From assembly GCA_022813865.1 (NCBI GenBank), contig JALDZX010000044.1, positions 1 through 64,000 of the forward strand: a stretch of 64,000 bases of DNA, written 5' to 3'. The translations under genes were made by a program, and so were the position numbers. A model generated the notes under the pieces. The model saw only the letters and a list, made by a program, of their open reading frames with translations, ran no database searches and had not been told where the DNA came from. Of this stretch, positions 42,627 to 54,478 are shown in pieces (the first letter of the stretch is position 1; every line of letters starts with the position of its first letter). The stretch is from Xylographa opegraphella. Its lineage: Eukaryota.

Positions 42627-45600
42627 ATGGATCCTATCAGTGCTCTAGCTATCACTACAGCAGCGATCGGTTTTATTGACAATATCAGAACTATAGTCAA
42701 TTGGATTCAGGATACGCGAAATGCTAGAAACGACCACCAGCAATGGCTGGGCGATCTGAAAGGTTTGATCCTGCTGTTTGAGACGCTACAGCGCCAAGCG
42801 CAGGCAGCGGAGGGTTCCGAGATATCGCCTTGGTTCTTCGGCTTTTTTGAAGCCTTGAGGGATAAGGATGGAGAGAACGCCATCACAAAAGCGGACGATG
42901 ATACCATCAAGCTCGGCGGGCTTTTCGGCCGCCTGCAGGACAGAGTGGAAGCTCTGGAAGAGAAACTGGAAATCAAACACGGCTGGCGCGGCATCAAGCA
43001 GCGCATCAGTCACAGCAGTGATAAAGACGACATCAGAAATGATTTCGCCGACATACGTGCTCTCAAGGCAGATCTTGACAGTATAATGCAATATGATCAA
43101 TTCACGCTCTCCTTGAATATGAAACGACAACTCGATGCGCTCTTAGCCACGCAGGAAGTGCAAGAAAGTCGAGCGAGAAATCAGGAGGAACTGAAAATCC
43201 TCAGTTGGTTGTCACCACTCGAATTTCTTGAGAGGCAAAGAAAAATATTCAGCGAGTGCTTCTACAGCACAACTGTGCCACCTGGTCAGTGGCTCCTGGA
43301 ATCGGAGGAGTTTGTTGCTTGGACCACTGGCGCCCCGGGCCGTGAGTGGCCTCTGTACTATCATGGTAATCCAGGTGCTGGCAAGGTTGGTAGAGCTTAA
43401 AGGTGCTTACGTTTGTAGATATCTAATCTGTGGCAAGACTGTGCTTTCGTCCATTGTGATAAACCACCTTCAAAATCACTGCAAGGAGGCATACAAGAAA
43501 CAGCTGTTGAATCTTTCCAGCCAGCATAGAAAAGAACTTGGGCTTGATGGTCAGCGTGGAGTTCAAAGGATGACGGTGCTGTATCTCTATCTCAATTACA
43601 AGGAAACCAAGACACAGACGTTTCCACATCTGCTTGGGAGTCTGCTCAAACAATTGATCCAGGGTCAAGAGTTGGGTCCACTTCCAGATTCTGTAAAGGA
43701 TCTTTATGCGAGTAGCAGAGGTGAACTTCGTCCCGGGAATGGGGATCTCATTGGAATTCTCAAATCAGAGGTCGAAGCTAAATTCAAAAGAGTGTACCTT
43801 GTAGTTGATGCTTTGGACGAATTTCCGGAGAATGACCGCCAAGATTTGCTCGACAATCTGCGCGACATTGGCTCAGAAAGAATCCGCCTATTGGTCACTT
43901 CCCGAGCCTTCGACGATATCACGCATGAAGGAACCATGTCGTGTAACAACTGCTGGAGAAAAGACCTCTATCTCTTCTTCGTATGCCAAGCTTGCAAAGA
44001 CTTCACTCTCTGCAAGAGCTGCATGGATAAGGGTGTATGGTGCGACCGTTGCGAACCTGGAAATCTATTTGCAGAACCAGCGGTTGTCATACGAGAGATA
44101 ATAGTACCAGATGCAGAGATTGAACGATTCGTGGATTGGGACCTGGGCAAGCTGCGTGGTCTGGGGAGTGACTGGAACGGTGTCAAGCAGCTTGGGTTGA
44201 GATCCATTGCGCAGCCTAGGCTTGCGCTTCACCTTCAAAGCAATCCAGAGCTCTTAACGGAGATTCCAAAGGCTATCGTTAGCAAGGCAAGCGGAATGTT
44301 TCTACTCGCTAAACTGCATCTAGAGTCGCTAAAGTTCCAGGGAAGCCCAGCGAAAGTAAAGAAAGCCCTGAAAAAACTATCTACCGATGTGACAAAAATA
44401 TACAAGGACCTTTTGGATCGTATCGAAGACAAAGGAAAGAGTGACGCGGAGTTGGCGAAGAGAACGCTGTACTGGCTTGTGCTAGTGCACAGGCCTCTGA
44501 GTGTATCCGAGCTTCGCCAGGCCCTAGCTGTAGAGCCCTTGGAGACCGAATATGATCCAGAGAATGAGCCGCAGCTTTCCATACTCTTCAGAGTGACTTC
44601 GGGCTTGATTACTGCGGATGGAGATCAAGGAGCTGTGCGAGTCGTACATCGCACTGCTCAAGAATTCTTCGAAGATAATTGGAAAGAACTATTCCCCAAA
44701 GCACAGATAGATATTGCGATTACTATCCTGACCTATTTGAATTTCGATGATTTGGCAAAACCGGTTGAAGGCGACAACGAGGACCTTGAGGTTGACAATA
44801 GACTGAAGAAATTTTCATTTCTTGCCTACGCTTCAACTTATTGGGGCGAGCATGTTCAAGCCGTGCTTGATGCGGCGGAAATTCAAACTGCAGTTGTGAA
44901 CTTTCTAAGTGATCCTACAAGACTGGCGTCTATAATACAAGCTGCGTGGCAGATTGGTTCAAAGAGCCAGACAGCGGCCAGCTGGGATGTACGTATCGGA
45001 ATCAACGGTCTGCATGTCTGTGCCTGGTATGGTTTGGATTTTGCGTTGACTCCTTTGGCCAAGACTTTGGATATCAATTCCCAAGAACCAGAACTTGGGC
45101 AGACACCCTTAATGTATGCTTGCCAACAGGGGCATACGACGACCGTGTCAAGACTACTGGCACTTGGTGCGGACTTGAACGTTAGAAGCAATCGCGGGAG
45201 TAGCGCTGTGTTCGAAGCAATTCTGCACAAGCACTCAGATGTCCTACATACTATCTTAACCACAGAAACGCCGGCTAGAAGCCTGGATATCAATACGACA
45301 CACGCGGGAGAAGGAAATAGTACAGCACTCATACTCGCGGCTGGGGCAGGTCTCGAGGATACTGTCACCCTGCTCCTCAAACGACCGCAGATCGCAGTGA
45401 ATGCTCAGGATGACCAAGGATGGACGGCCCTAGCTGTCGCTGCATATATGAATCATTACAATATTGTCAAGCGGCTTCTGAACATGGAAGGGGTTGGAGT
45501 TGATATCCCGAATGACAACTGTGTTACGGCTCTGATCGTTGCTGCCCGGCAGGGGAATGATGATGTCGTGACTGAATTACTCCGAAGGCACGCCGATCCA

Positions 45601-46947
45601 GAACATATGCAGTTAGATGGCACCACTGCCATACTGTACGCTATCAATAGAGGACACGTTCTTGTAGTGAGGGCCATTTTGGAGCACGGTATCAATATTC
45701 ACGCTAGAGACAATTCAGGCCGAACTCTGTTGCACAGAGCATGTGAGAGCGAGGATCCGCAGATAGAGATCGTGCATCTGCTGATAGAAAGAGGCCTGGA
45801 TATCAATGCTCGTGGCAATCGTGGAGAAACACCACTTCACAATGCTAGCCGATGCGGTTACCTCGAAATTGTTCGGCTGCTTCTTGAATTACGTGCAGAT
45901 CCATCTATCAAAGACGCATCATCCCAGCAACGAACACCTCTAATCGTTGCCTGGCAAAATGGTGAAGCTGAGATTGTCACTCTCCTCCAAGCGAGTCACG
46001 ACCCTACAGAAAAAGAGACTATTCCAAGCGATACCTCCCTTCCGCTCTGGTCTCTCGCCAAGCTCGGCATGACGGACCTTATCCGCAGTCTGATTCGAGA
46101 TCACGAGCAAACAGACCCAGTTTTCTCCATTCGTGACCCGGACACCAACAACACCGCACTACACTGGGCAATCCAAAACGGAGATTCGGACGTGGACGAG
46201 TCTTCATCCATCATAGAGATCCTTCTCGACGCAGGCATGAGCCCCAACGACACCAACAATGAGAATCGGACGCCCCTCCACCTCGCAGCCTATCTCAACA
46301 ACTATTATGCCGCACGGCTGCTCCTCGCGAGTAAGACCAAAGTTGACCTTGCCGCAAAAGACATATGGGGCAAAACCCCACTGCGCACCGCCCAAGCAGA
46401 ACGAGGTTATGACGTTGCAGTTTTGCTCATCGGCGCGGCACTGTCCAACATCACTAATGGCGCGGAAGATGCCAACGATGCGAATACCGCCACAGACGCC
46501 ATCGATATCGGAGCCACTTCCGCCCTCCTCCCCACATTTTTCGCCGCCGTCCAGCTCTCAAACGTCCCTGTCGTCTCTCTCCTCATCGCCCGTGGTGCAA
46601 ACGTGCGTGCCCGCAACGATGACAACCAGACTGCGCTGCAGATCGCCAAAGGGCTGAGCAGCGACGAGTTACTGCGGGTGCTGAGGGAAAGCATCTATGG
46701 CCCGTCGAAGAAATCCGAGTTAAGCAAGAAATCGGAGCTTGGGAAGAAATCGGAGCTTGGGAAGAAATCGGAGCTTGGGAAGAAATCGGAGGGTATAGCA
46801 GATCCGACAAACGGAGCGCTCGTGCAAGCGCTCGTGCCTGCGACTACGAATCTGACTTCTGCACTGGATCTGCCGTCGGCGCCGCGGACAGGCCTGATGG
46901 GCTCCGAGGGCAGTAAGGTGGCGATGGAGGTGGGGCTGAATACTTGA
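42627..46947 (+). CDS. NLR-like STAND protein: N-terminal helical (SesA/HeLo-like) domain, NACHT with inserted ZZ-like zinc finger, winged helix, ankyrin repeats
   Basis: MDPISALAIT... N-terminus, Walker A GNPGAGK|TVLSS split by intron 43386-43437, Walker B YLVVDALDE, LLVTSR, GMFLLAKLHL, RPLSVSELRQALAV, more than 10 ankyrin repeats. Confidence 0.92.
46708..46791 (+). repeat. 18-bp coding minisatellite (KKSELG) x ~4.7
   Basis: Units aagaaatcggagcttggg; the first copy is slightly divergent. Confidence 0.92.
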
Positions 46948-47391
46948 TGTGTGGGTTTCATTGGGGTCGGAGTGGGCGATAAGGTTGGGAGAAGTAAGAT
47001 AGATAGCAACGCCGGTCTTGTTTGGATCGAGTAGGTAGTATATGTGCTTTCATGATTCGAGAATGGTTAGAAAAGCATAGAGAGCATGATTATACATGAG
47101 GAATCCCATTGGTTTATCGTCCACCACTCCCATCAATACCTGTATCGTGGAACAATAACTCGCACCAACGCACGCACGCTCGCTTGTAGATGCAGAGGAG
47201 GGCTAAAGCCCGCAACCCAACCGAGTTGCCGAACACGCACGCCTGTAGATAGCAAGAAGGGTCTCTAAGATACCCAACGCCCAACAAACCCAAAAACGCA
47301 CACACACAGAAGAGAGGGAGGACAACTCGAACCCCCCCACCTCAGCTACCCCCTCCCCTCCCCCATCCTCCCCCGCGCCCAGCCCAACGCA

Positions 47392-47967
47392 TCACTCAAT
47401 CGCCGCCCACAGCATCTTCTTCTTCTGCTTCTCCGCCCGCTTCCTCTCCTCCGCCTCCTCCTTCTCCCGCTGCACGATCCGCTTCCGCTCCTCCGCCTCC
47501 TCCTTCTCGCGCTGCGCGATCCGCTTCCGCTCCTCCTCCTGCTGCTCCCGCGTGCGCCAGTCATACCTGAGCCCCTGGCCGTAGCCCTGCCCCGCATGCT
47601 GGCGCACATATTCCACGAGTGCCTCGATGCACGCTCGCCCGGCTTCGTCAGGTGCGTGCGCGTCCTGCTCTTTCCGCTCCGCGTTGCGCGCTCGTTGCTC
47701 GGCTTCTTGCTCCAGGGGCCCCCAGCTGTAGGTGCGGCCGGTGCCGTAGCCTTGTCCGGCGTGCTGGCGCAGGTTGGTCGCGACTTGCTCATAAGCTGTG
47801 GGGGGGAGGGCTTGTGGGGGGGAAGGGTCTGGGGGAGGGGGGAAGGGGATTTGGGCGGGGGGTGGGGGGTTAGCGGGCCGGATTGGGAGGTCGGTTGACA
47901 GTGGGTGGTTGGGGGTGGTTGTTTCATTGGTGGTGGTGGATAGGATTCTCTGGTTTGGGTTGCCCAT
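47392..47967 (-). CDS. Hypothetical protein: Pro-rich region, two RQHAGQGYG repeats, charged coiled-coil tail
   Basis: 191-aa ORF with amino-acid-level duplications (RQHAGQGYGTGRTYSW / RQHAGQGYGQGLRYDW, and 14-aa EERKRIxQREKEEA units). The start is uncertain. Confidence 0.55.
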   Translation of the reverse strand: MGNPNQRILSTTTNETTTPNHPLSTDLPIRPANPPPPAQIPFPPPPDPSPPQALPPTAYEQVATNLRQHAGQGYGTGRTYSWGPLEQEAEQRARNAERKEQDAHAPDEAGRACIEALVEYVRQHAGQGYGQGLRYDWRTREQQEEERKRIAQREKEEAEERKRIVQREKEEAEERKRAEKQKKKMLWAAIE

Positions 47968-48401
47968 GGTCTTGGGGGAGGGTGTGGAGTTTGGTGGATA
48001 TCTTGTTGAGGAGTAGGTGGTTTGGTTGGGTTTTTATTGAAGATGTGGATGCTGTTGTTGTTTGGTGGTGGAAGTTGTCTTAGGAAAGTGTATGGAAATC
48101 TTGGATGTGTGGGTATTTGGGGAGGATATATGGCTTGGAGGGCGAGGCCAGATTTATACACAGTGTGAGTCGCACAAGCGGTTGGTGAAGGATGTCGAAA
48201 AAAATAATGAAGCGTACGATGCAACAGAGAAACGAACGTGATTAGGAACAGGAAATCCTGTGAATTGCTTATATGTACAGCATTCGATGTGAAATCCTGG
48301 CTGAACCCTGCCAGAAATGCTCACCACTGGAGACAGCCACCGTATAAGAACGCCACACAATAAACGAACTGCGTATACAATACTCTTGTGACTTCGCACT
48401 T

Positions 48402-48880
48402 CTATCTGTTCTTGCTCAGTTTGTACACAAACCTTTTCCTCGTGCTTCGATGGATCAGCACTGGCATACCGGTTCACTCTCAGGTGAGGAACGAAGTGAC
48501 TTACGGCGAGAACTCCCCCAATTTATGCCCCACCATATCTTCCGTGATGGTCACATCGTGATACACCTTCCCATTATGGACCTGGAACTTCAGGCCTACG
48601 AAATTGGGCAGTATGGTTGCTGAACGCGCCTGCGTCTTGATAGGGACGACTTTTTGGCCTGGTGCGGGGCGGACAATGGGTAGGCTATGGAAGAGTGCGA
48701 TCAGTGAACTGTAGTGAATGCACGAATAGCGATGCTGTTTCTCAGGGTAAGGATAGTCGTGGAGTAGGCTCACGGGACAATATGGGGACCTGTGGAAATG
48801 TTAGTATGGTGCAACATGAAAATGTGAATATGCTTGCCTTTCCACACTGAGCGCGTCAATAGCGCTCTTGTAGGTAGCAT
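48402..48880 (-). CDS. RSM19: Mitochondrial ribosomal protein uS19m (4 exons)
   Basis: Spliced: [26 protein letters not shown]...[25 protein letters not shown]...[24 protein letters not shown]. Confidence 0.94.
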
Positions 48881-49213
48881 TGCTGCGAAGCCCGCAAAGT
48901 CGGAATGAACGTCTAGTTGTTGATGAAGTTAAAAAGGCTTTCATAACTAGCTTAGAAGTATATTCAGTGTTTTATGCAATTATGCAACTACACAAAAGCC
49001 CTAAGTTAGCGCGATATCTGTCGCGTATCCCTAAAGCGTGTCAAGCCTGCTAGATGCGGCATAGCTCGTCATTGTTGCCTGAATAGGTTCCAGAATGCTG
49101 TATTCATACTGGCGATGAAAATCCTTATGAAGAACGTGAAGTCCGTTCACTAGACCTCTTGCTCTCCTTTTGCCCCGGTGTCAGGAGTGACGGCAGTACT
49201 TCATTCAATCAAG

Positions 49214-51603
49214 ATGCCAGGCTTCACAGGCATGTTTTCGTTCACGGTGGAAGCAACCAACCATTGGACTTTCACTTTGTATCTGCTCGCTGACATATGT
49301 CGCAGCGGCGGATACGATCCGAATCCTGATCGCCACCGATAGCCATGTTGGGTACAACGAGCGAGACGCCATCCGTGGCAACGACAGCTCCAACAGTTTC
49401 CACGAAGTCATGTGTCTGGCAAAGACTCGGGATGTGGATATGGTTCTGCTCGCGGGCGACCTCTTCCATGACAACAAACCGTCGAGAAAGTCGATGTTCG
49501 AGGTCATGCGTTCACTGCGCATGAACTGCTACGGGGAGAAGCCTTGCGAGCTTGAGATGCTCAGTGATCCAAGCGAATGCTTTCAAGGGTATATTCTATC
49601 GACTATCTTCTTCGGTATATGAAGCTTACTGGGGGCAAGAACTTTCAATCATGTCAACTACGAGGACCCCGATATCAATGTGGCTATTCCTGTCTTCTCG
49701 ATTCATGGAAACCACGATGATCCATCAGGGGTGCGTAACAGTCTCTTTCAGTCTTCCCAGCAAGCCACTTACAATTGCTAGGAAGGCCATCTAGCTGCTT
49801 TAGATTTGTTGCAGATATCAGGACTAGTGAATTACTATGGACGAACACCAGAGTCCGACAATATTCTCATCAAGCCTGTGCTGCTCCAGAAAGGGGGAAC
49901 CAAGCTCGCTCTTTATGGAATGAGCAATGTCAGAGACGAGAGACTGTTCCGTACATTTCGCGATGGCAAGGTCAAGTTTTTCCAGCCTGGTACACAAAAA
50001 GGGGACTGGTTTAATATAATGAGTGTACATCAAAATCAGTAGGCTCACCTAGACGTATGTCTGCCACGCAAATACGCTAACAAACCAAAGTCACGCCTAC
50101 ACGGAGACTGGCTACCTGCCTGAAAACTTCCTGCCGGAGTTTCTTGATCTCGTGGTTTGGGGTCACGAACACGAGTGTCTTATCAATCCTAGATATAATC
50201 CGGAAATGAACTTCCACGTCATGCAGCCTGGATCTTCTGTCGCAACGTCGCTTATGCCGGGCGAAGCTGTCCCCAAACATGTCGCAATCCTCAGTATTAC
50301 AGGTCGGGATTTCAAGGTGGAAACCATCAGATTGAAAACTGTGCGACCATTTGTCATGAAGGAGATTGTACTGTCCGAGGACAAGGAAGCCAAGAGATGG
50401 GCGAAAACGGAAAACCACAGGCCGAAGCTCACGGCGCATCTTGTAGGCATTGTGGATAAACTGATTGAGCAGGCGAAGGAAGAGTGGATGGAGACTCAAG
50501 AAGACACAGATCTGGACGAGGAGCTAGAGGTCCCTTTACCTCTAATCAGGCTCAGAGTTGAGTATTCCGCGCCAGACGGAGGCAACTTCGACTGCGAAAA
50601 TCCTCAAAGATTCTCCAACCGCTTCGTTGGCAAGGTCGCAAACGTCAACGATGTAGTACAGTTCTACCGGAAAAAATCCGGGGCCACTAGGATCGCGCAG
50701 GGTGGAGCCGACTTACCTGAGGAATCAATCATGGCACAGCTGTCCATTGACTCCGTCAAAGTGGAAAAGCTGGTACGGGAATTTCTCACGGCGCAGTCAC
50801 TCACGATCCTGCCGCAGAACTCCTTCGGGGACGCAGTGAGCCAATTCGTGGACAAGGATGACAAGCATGCGATGGAGATGTTTGTGAACGAAAGTCTCAC
50901 CAATCAAATCAAAAACCTCCTTGACATCGATCAGTACGACGACGATGACATCCTCACTGCGATGGATGCGCACAAGTCGAAGCTGGAAGAGCTCTTCGCG
51001 AAAGGACACCTGCGAAAGTCGAAAAAGGCGAAGCTGAAGCCGAGGCCGGACAATTGGGACTCTGACATTGATGGCGACTGGGGCGATCAGCCGGGAGCTC
51101 TCATCCATTCGGACATTGAAGACGCAGCCGATGATGTTGACGATAACCCATCGTTGGCTTCGACGGTGACCGCCGCCAAGGGTCGTGGCAGGGGTGCCCC
51201 CAAGAAGGCTGTTGCAACGACTAGAAAGGCAGCCGCAGCAGTACCGAAAACAACTCGAGGGAACAAGCAGATCGTGGAGGACGACAGCGACGAAGAAGAA
51301 AACGACGTTGTCATGGTCGATGCTGACGAGGACGACAACGAGATCTTCGTCAAGCCTGCCGCCACAGCACGTGGGCCCAGGAAGCCAGCGGCACCCAAGG
51401 CCGTGGCGGCACGCAAACGGGCGCCCGCTCGGGCAGCAGCGACCCAATCCAAACTGAACTTCTCCCAACCGGCGAGTCAAGTCAGCGGCAAGGGGAAAGG
51501 GAAAGCAGTCCAACCGATCCGGGATGATATCTCCGACGACGACGACGATGAAGCGTTTGCACCTCCGCCCCCTACCCAACGGTCGACGCGAGCTCAACGC
51601 TGA
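49214..51603 (+). CDS. MRE11: Double-strand break repair nuclease Mre11
   Basis: [76 protein letters not shown]. Confidence 0.97.
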
Positions 51604-52724
51604 GAGGTCCTGTGGCACGAGCATTGCTGGAACTGCTTATCAGCGGGCGCACATGGGCACCCGCTCGCTCGCCGCATCCACCACGTGCCTGCAGCACTCT
51701 AGCTTCGACGTCTTGCTTCGTCGAACTGACTACCTACCGGCTATCGGGATGCAGCTTGGCTTCCGAGACCGTAGCTTGGATGGCGGGGTAGGGGTTCTGA
51801 CCCCTGCACGACGAGCTGTACCATACTACATGAGTTGATTAGAGGGTCGCATTTGCGGGCTAGATCCGGAGTAAGTCGGGAGCTGTCTCCTGTTGAGTGC
51901 TCCTGAGATGGCACAACGTTCCTCCGGTGGGAGCAGAAGACGGGCTGGGCAGTCGTTTGGTCTTCCGGGACCGGCATTCGAGGAAGTGACCGGGGTGGAT
52001 ATCGAAATGGACTGTGGCTGTTGGAGACGGGATATACGGGTCAGTGAGTGCATGTACGGAGTCGCTGTGGGTGAAACAATAGAACAATAAGGCAGGTAGC
52101 ACTCCAGAATGATGCATTTAGAGAATTCACTTGCATTTCATGTAATGCAGGTTGATCTACGTACGCAGTCACCAGAGTAGAAATCTCTGCAGGCATCTTG
52201 CGGCAGCATGCAACGTCGTGCTTCAAAAGAACATTGTGCCACAGACGGCGTTGCGTGTCTTTGACCGAGGCCTTTTCGGGCTTTCTGCATGCATTATCAC
52301 TAAGATGCTGTACGGTAGTCACTCACTGTACCGTAGCTATGTGGGTGGAGGCGGTCCATCCAGCCGGGGTGAGGGGTAAAGAGATGAACATCAACCCCTC
52401 CTCTTTTTCGCCTTCGAACAACAAAAGCCACGTCTCCTACTGGATCACGACGACCACAGTTGTGACACACCCTTCATTCGCCTCTGGGCCCACAGAATCT
52501 GTAGCAAATGGGTATCGCTGTGCCGCCTTGGCCTGCTCGTCGGACATCCGATGCCTTTTCCGGCATGTAGGGCATGGCAGAGCGTTTCTCAAGATGGACT
52601 ACCCTTTACCCCACACCTGCATCCACTGCTCCCACATTAAGACCTTCCTAGCTCCCCATCTGCCCTCTTCACCACACTTGAGAACATTGCCGCTGCCCAT
52701 TAATTCTCACTGCAAACTATCATC

Positions 52725-54478
52725 ATGTCTCTCACCACCAAGGTCAAGACGCCTGAGGGCGAATTCGAGATCCCAACCGGACTGTGGGTGGCTTCTTCCC
52801 CGCATGCACTATTCTCTACACTCCCTTTAGTTGTCCTCGATGATAGCCGGACAACATGACTGACCTCGTCCATCCAGTTTCATCAACAATGAATGGGTCA
52901 AAGGTGTCGACGGCAAGACCTTCGAGACCATCAATCCCTCCACCGAAGAAGTCATCTGCTCCGTGCACGAGGCGACCGAGAAGGACGTCGACATTGCCGT
53001 CGCCGCCGCACGAAAAGCTTTCGAGGGCGAATGGCGACACAAGATCATCCCGCAGCAGCGATCCAAGCTCATGACGAAGCTGGCCGAGCTGATCGAGAGG
53101 GACGCGAAGACACTCGCCGCTCTCGAATCGTTAGACAACGGGAAATCACTCTTCATGGCCGGCCTTGATGTACAGATGGTGGCCGACTGCATCCGATACT
53201 ACGGCGGGTGGGCGGATAAGATCGAAGGCAAGGTCATCGATACCATGCCCGATCATTTCAACTACACCCGATCCGAGCCCGTGAGTCCTTTGTCAATAGC
53301 CGGCTGCTTCATGATGGTTTGCTAAAGCCAGACTAGATCGGTGTGTGCGGTCAAATCATTCCCTGGAACTTCCCGCTCCTCATGTTCTCGTGGAAGATCG
53401 GCCCCGCCCTGGCCTGCGGGAACACGATCGTCATGAAGACGGCCGAACAGACACCTCTCAGTGCCCTTTACACCGCGAACCTCGTCAAAGAGGCCGGTTT
53501 CCCGCCGGGAGTCTTGAACATCATCTCTGGCTTCGGCAAAATCGCCGGTGCTGCTATTGCGTCTCACATGGATATCGACAAAGTCGCCTTCACGGGCAGC
53601 GGTGTCGTGGGTCGCCAGATCATGAAAGCTGCGGCCGGTTCCAACCTGAAGAAGGTCACCTTGGAGCTCGGCGGAAAGAGTCCCAACATTGTGTTCAATG
53701 ACGCCGATATTGAGAACGCGATCTCGTGGTGCAACTTTGGGGTCTTCTACAACCACGGCCAATGCTGCTGCGCCGGAACAAGGATCTACGTCCAGGAAGG
53801 CATCTATGACAAATTCGTGGAACGATTCAAGGCCAGAGCCGCGGCGAATGTTGTCGGCGACCCATTCGCCAAGGACACCTTCCAGGGACCCCAGGTTTCG
53901 AAAATCCAATTCGACCGTATCATGGAGTAAGTCATGTGTCTCGCCGTCTGAGGAACAAGGGGACTAACGCGGGTCAAAGGTACATTGAACATGGGAAGAA
54001 GGCCGGTGCCAAGCTCGAGATGGGAGGAGAACGGCACGGTGAGAAGGGTTTCTTCATCAAGCCCACCGTCTTCTCCAACGTCACGTCGGATATGAAGATC
54101 ATGCAAGAGGAGATCTTCGGTCCGGTGTGTTCGATCGCTAAATTCAAGGATGAGGAGGACGCGGTCCGCCTCGGGAACACGTCCACCTTCGGATTGGCAT
54201 CGGCGGTCCACACCACCAACCTCAACACCGCCATCAGAGTCGCCAACAGCCTCAAGGCGGGCACAGTCTGGGTGTATGTCTTGCTCGAACCCTGAACCAC
54301 GCGTGATGTATGATACTGACCTAATGACAGGAACGCCTACAACCTGCTGCACCACCAGCTTCCGTTTGGTGGGTTCAAGGAGTCCGGTATCGGCCGAGAA
54401 TTGGGTGAAGCTGCCTTGGCGAACTACACGCAGAACAAGACTGTGATCATTCGTCTGGGTGATGCCTTGTTCGGTTGA
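52725..54478 (+). CDS. NAD(P)-dependent aldehyde dehydrogenase (AldA-like)
   Basis: [30 protein letters not shown], catalytic [29 protein letters not shown]. Four introns. Confidence 0.95.

Noticed and set aside
47346..48224. 292-aa alternative-frame Pro/Arg-rich ORF
   Set aside because: Low-complexity by-product of C/G skew; the 191-aa frame shows more protein-like repeat conservation.
51850..52720. CreA (SYGGRG) and AlcR-like sites upstream of the aldehyde dehydrogenase
   Set aside because: A few short matches at a frequency compatible with chance.
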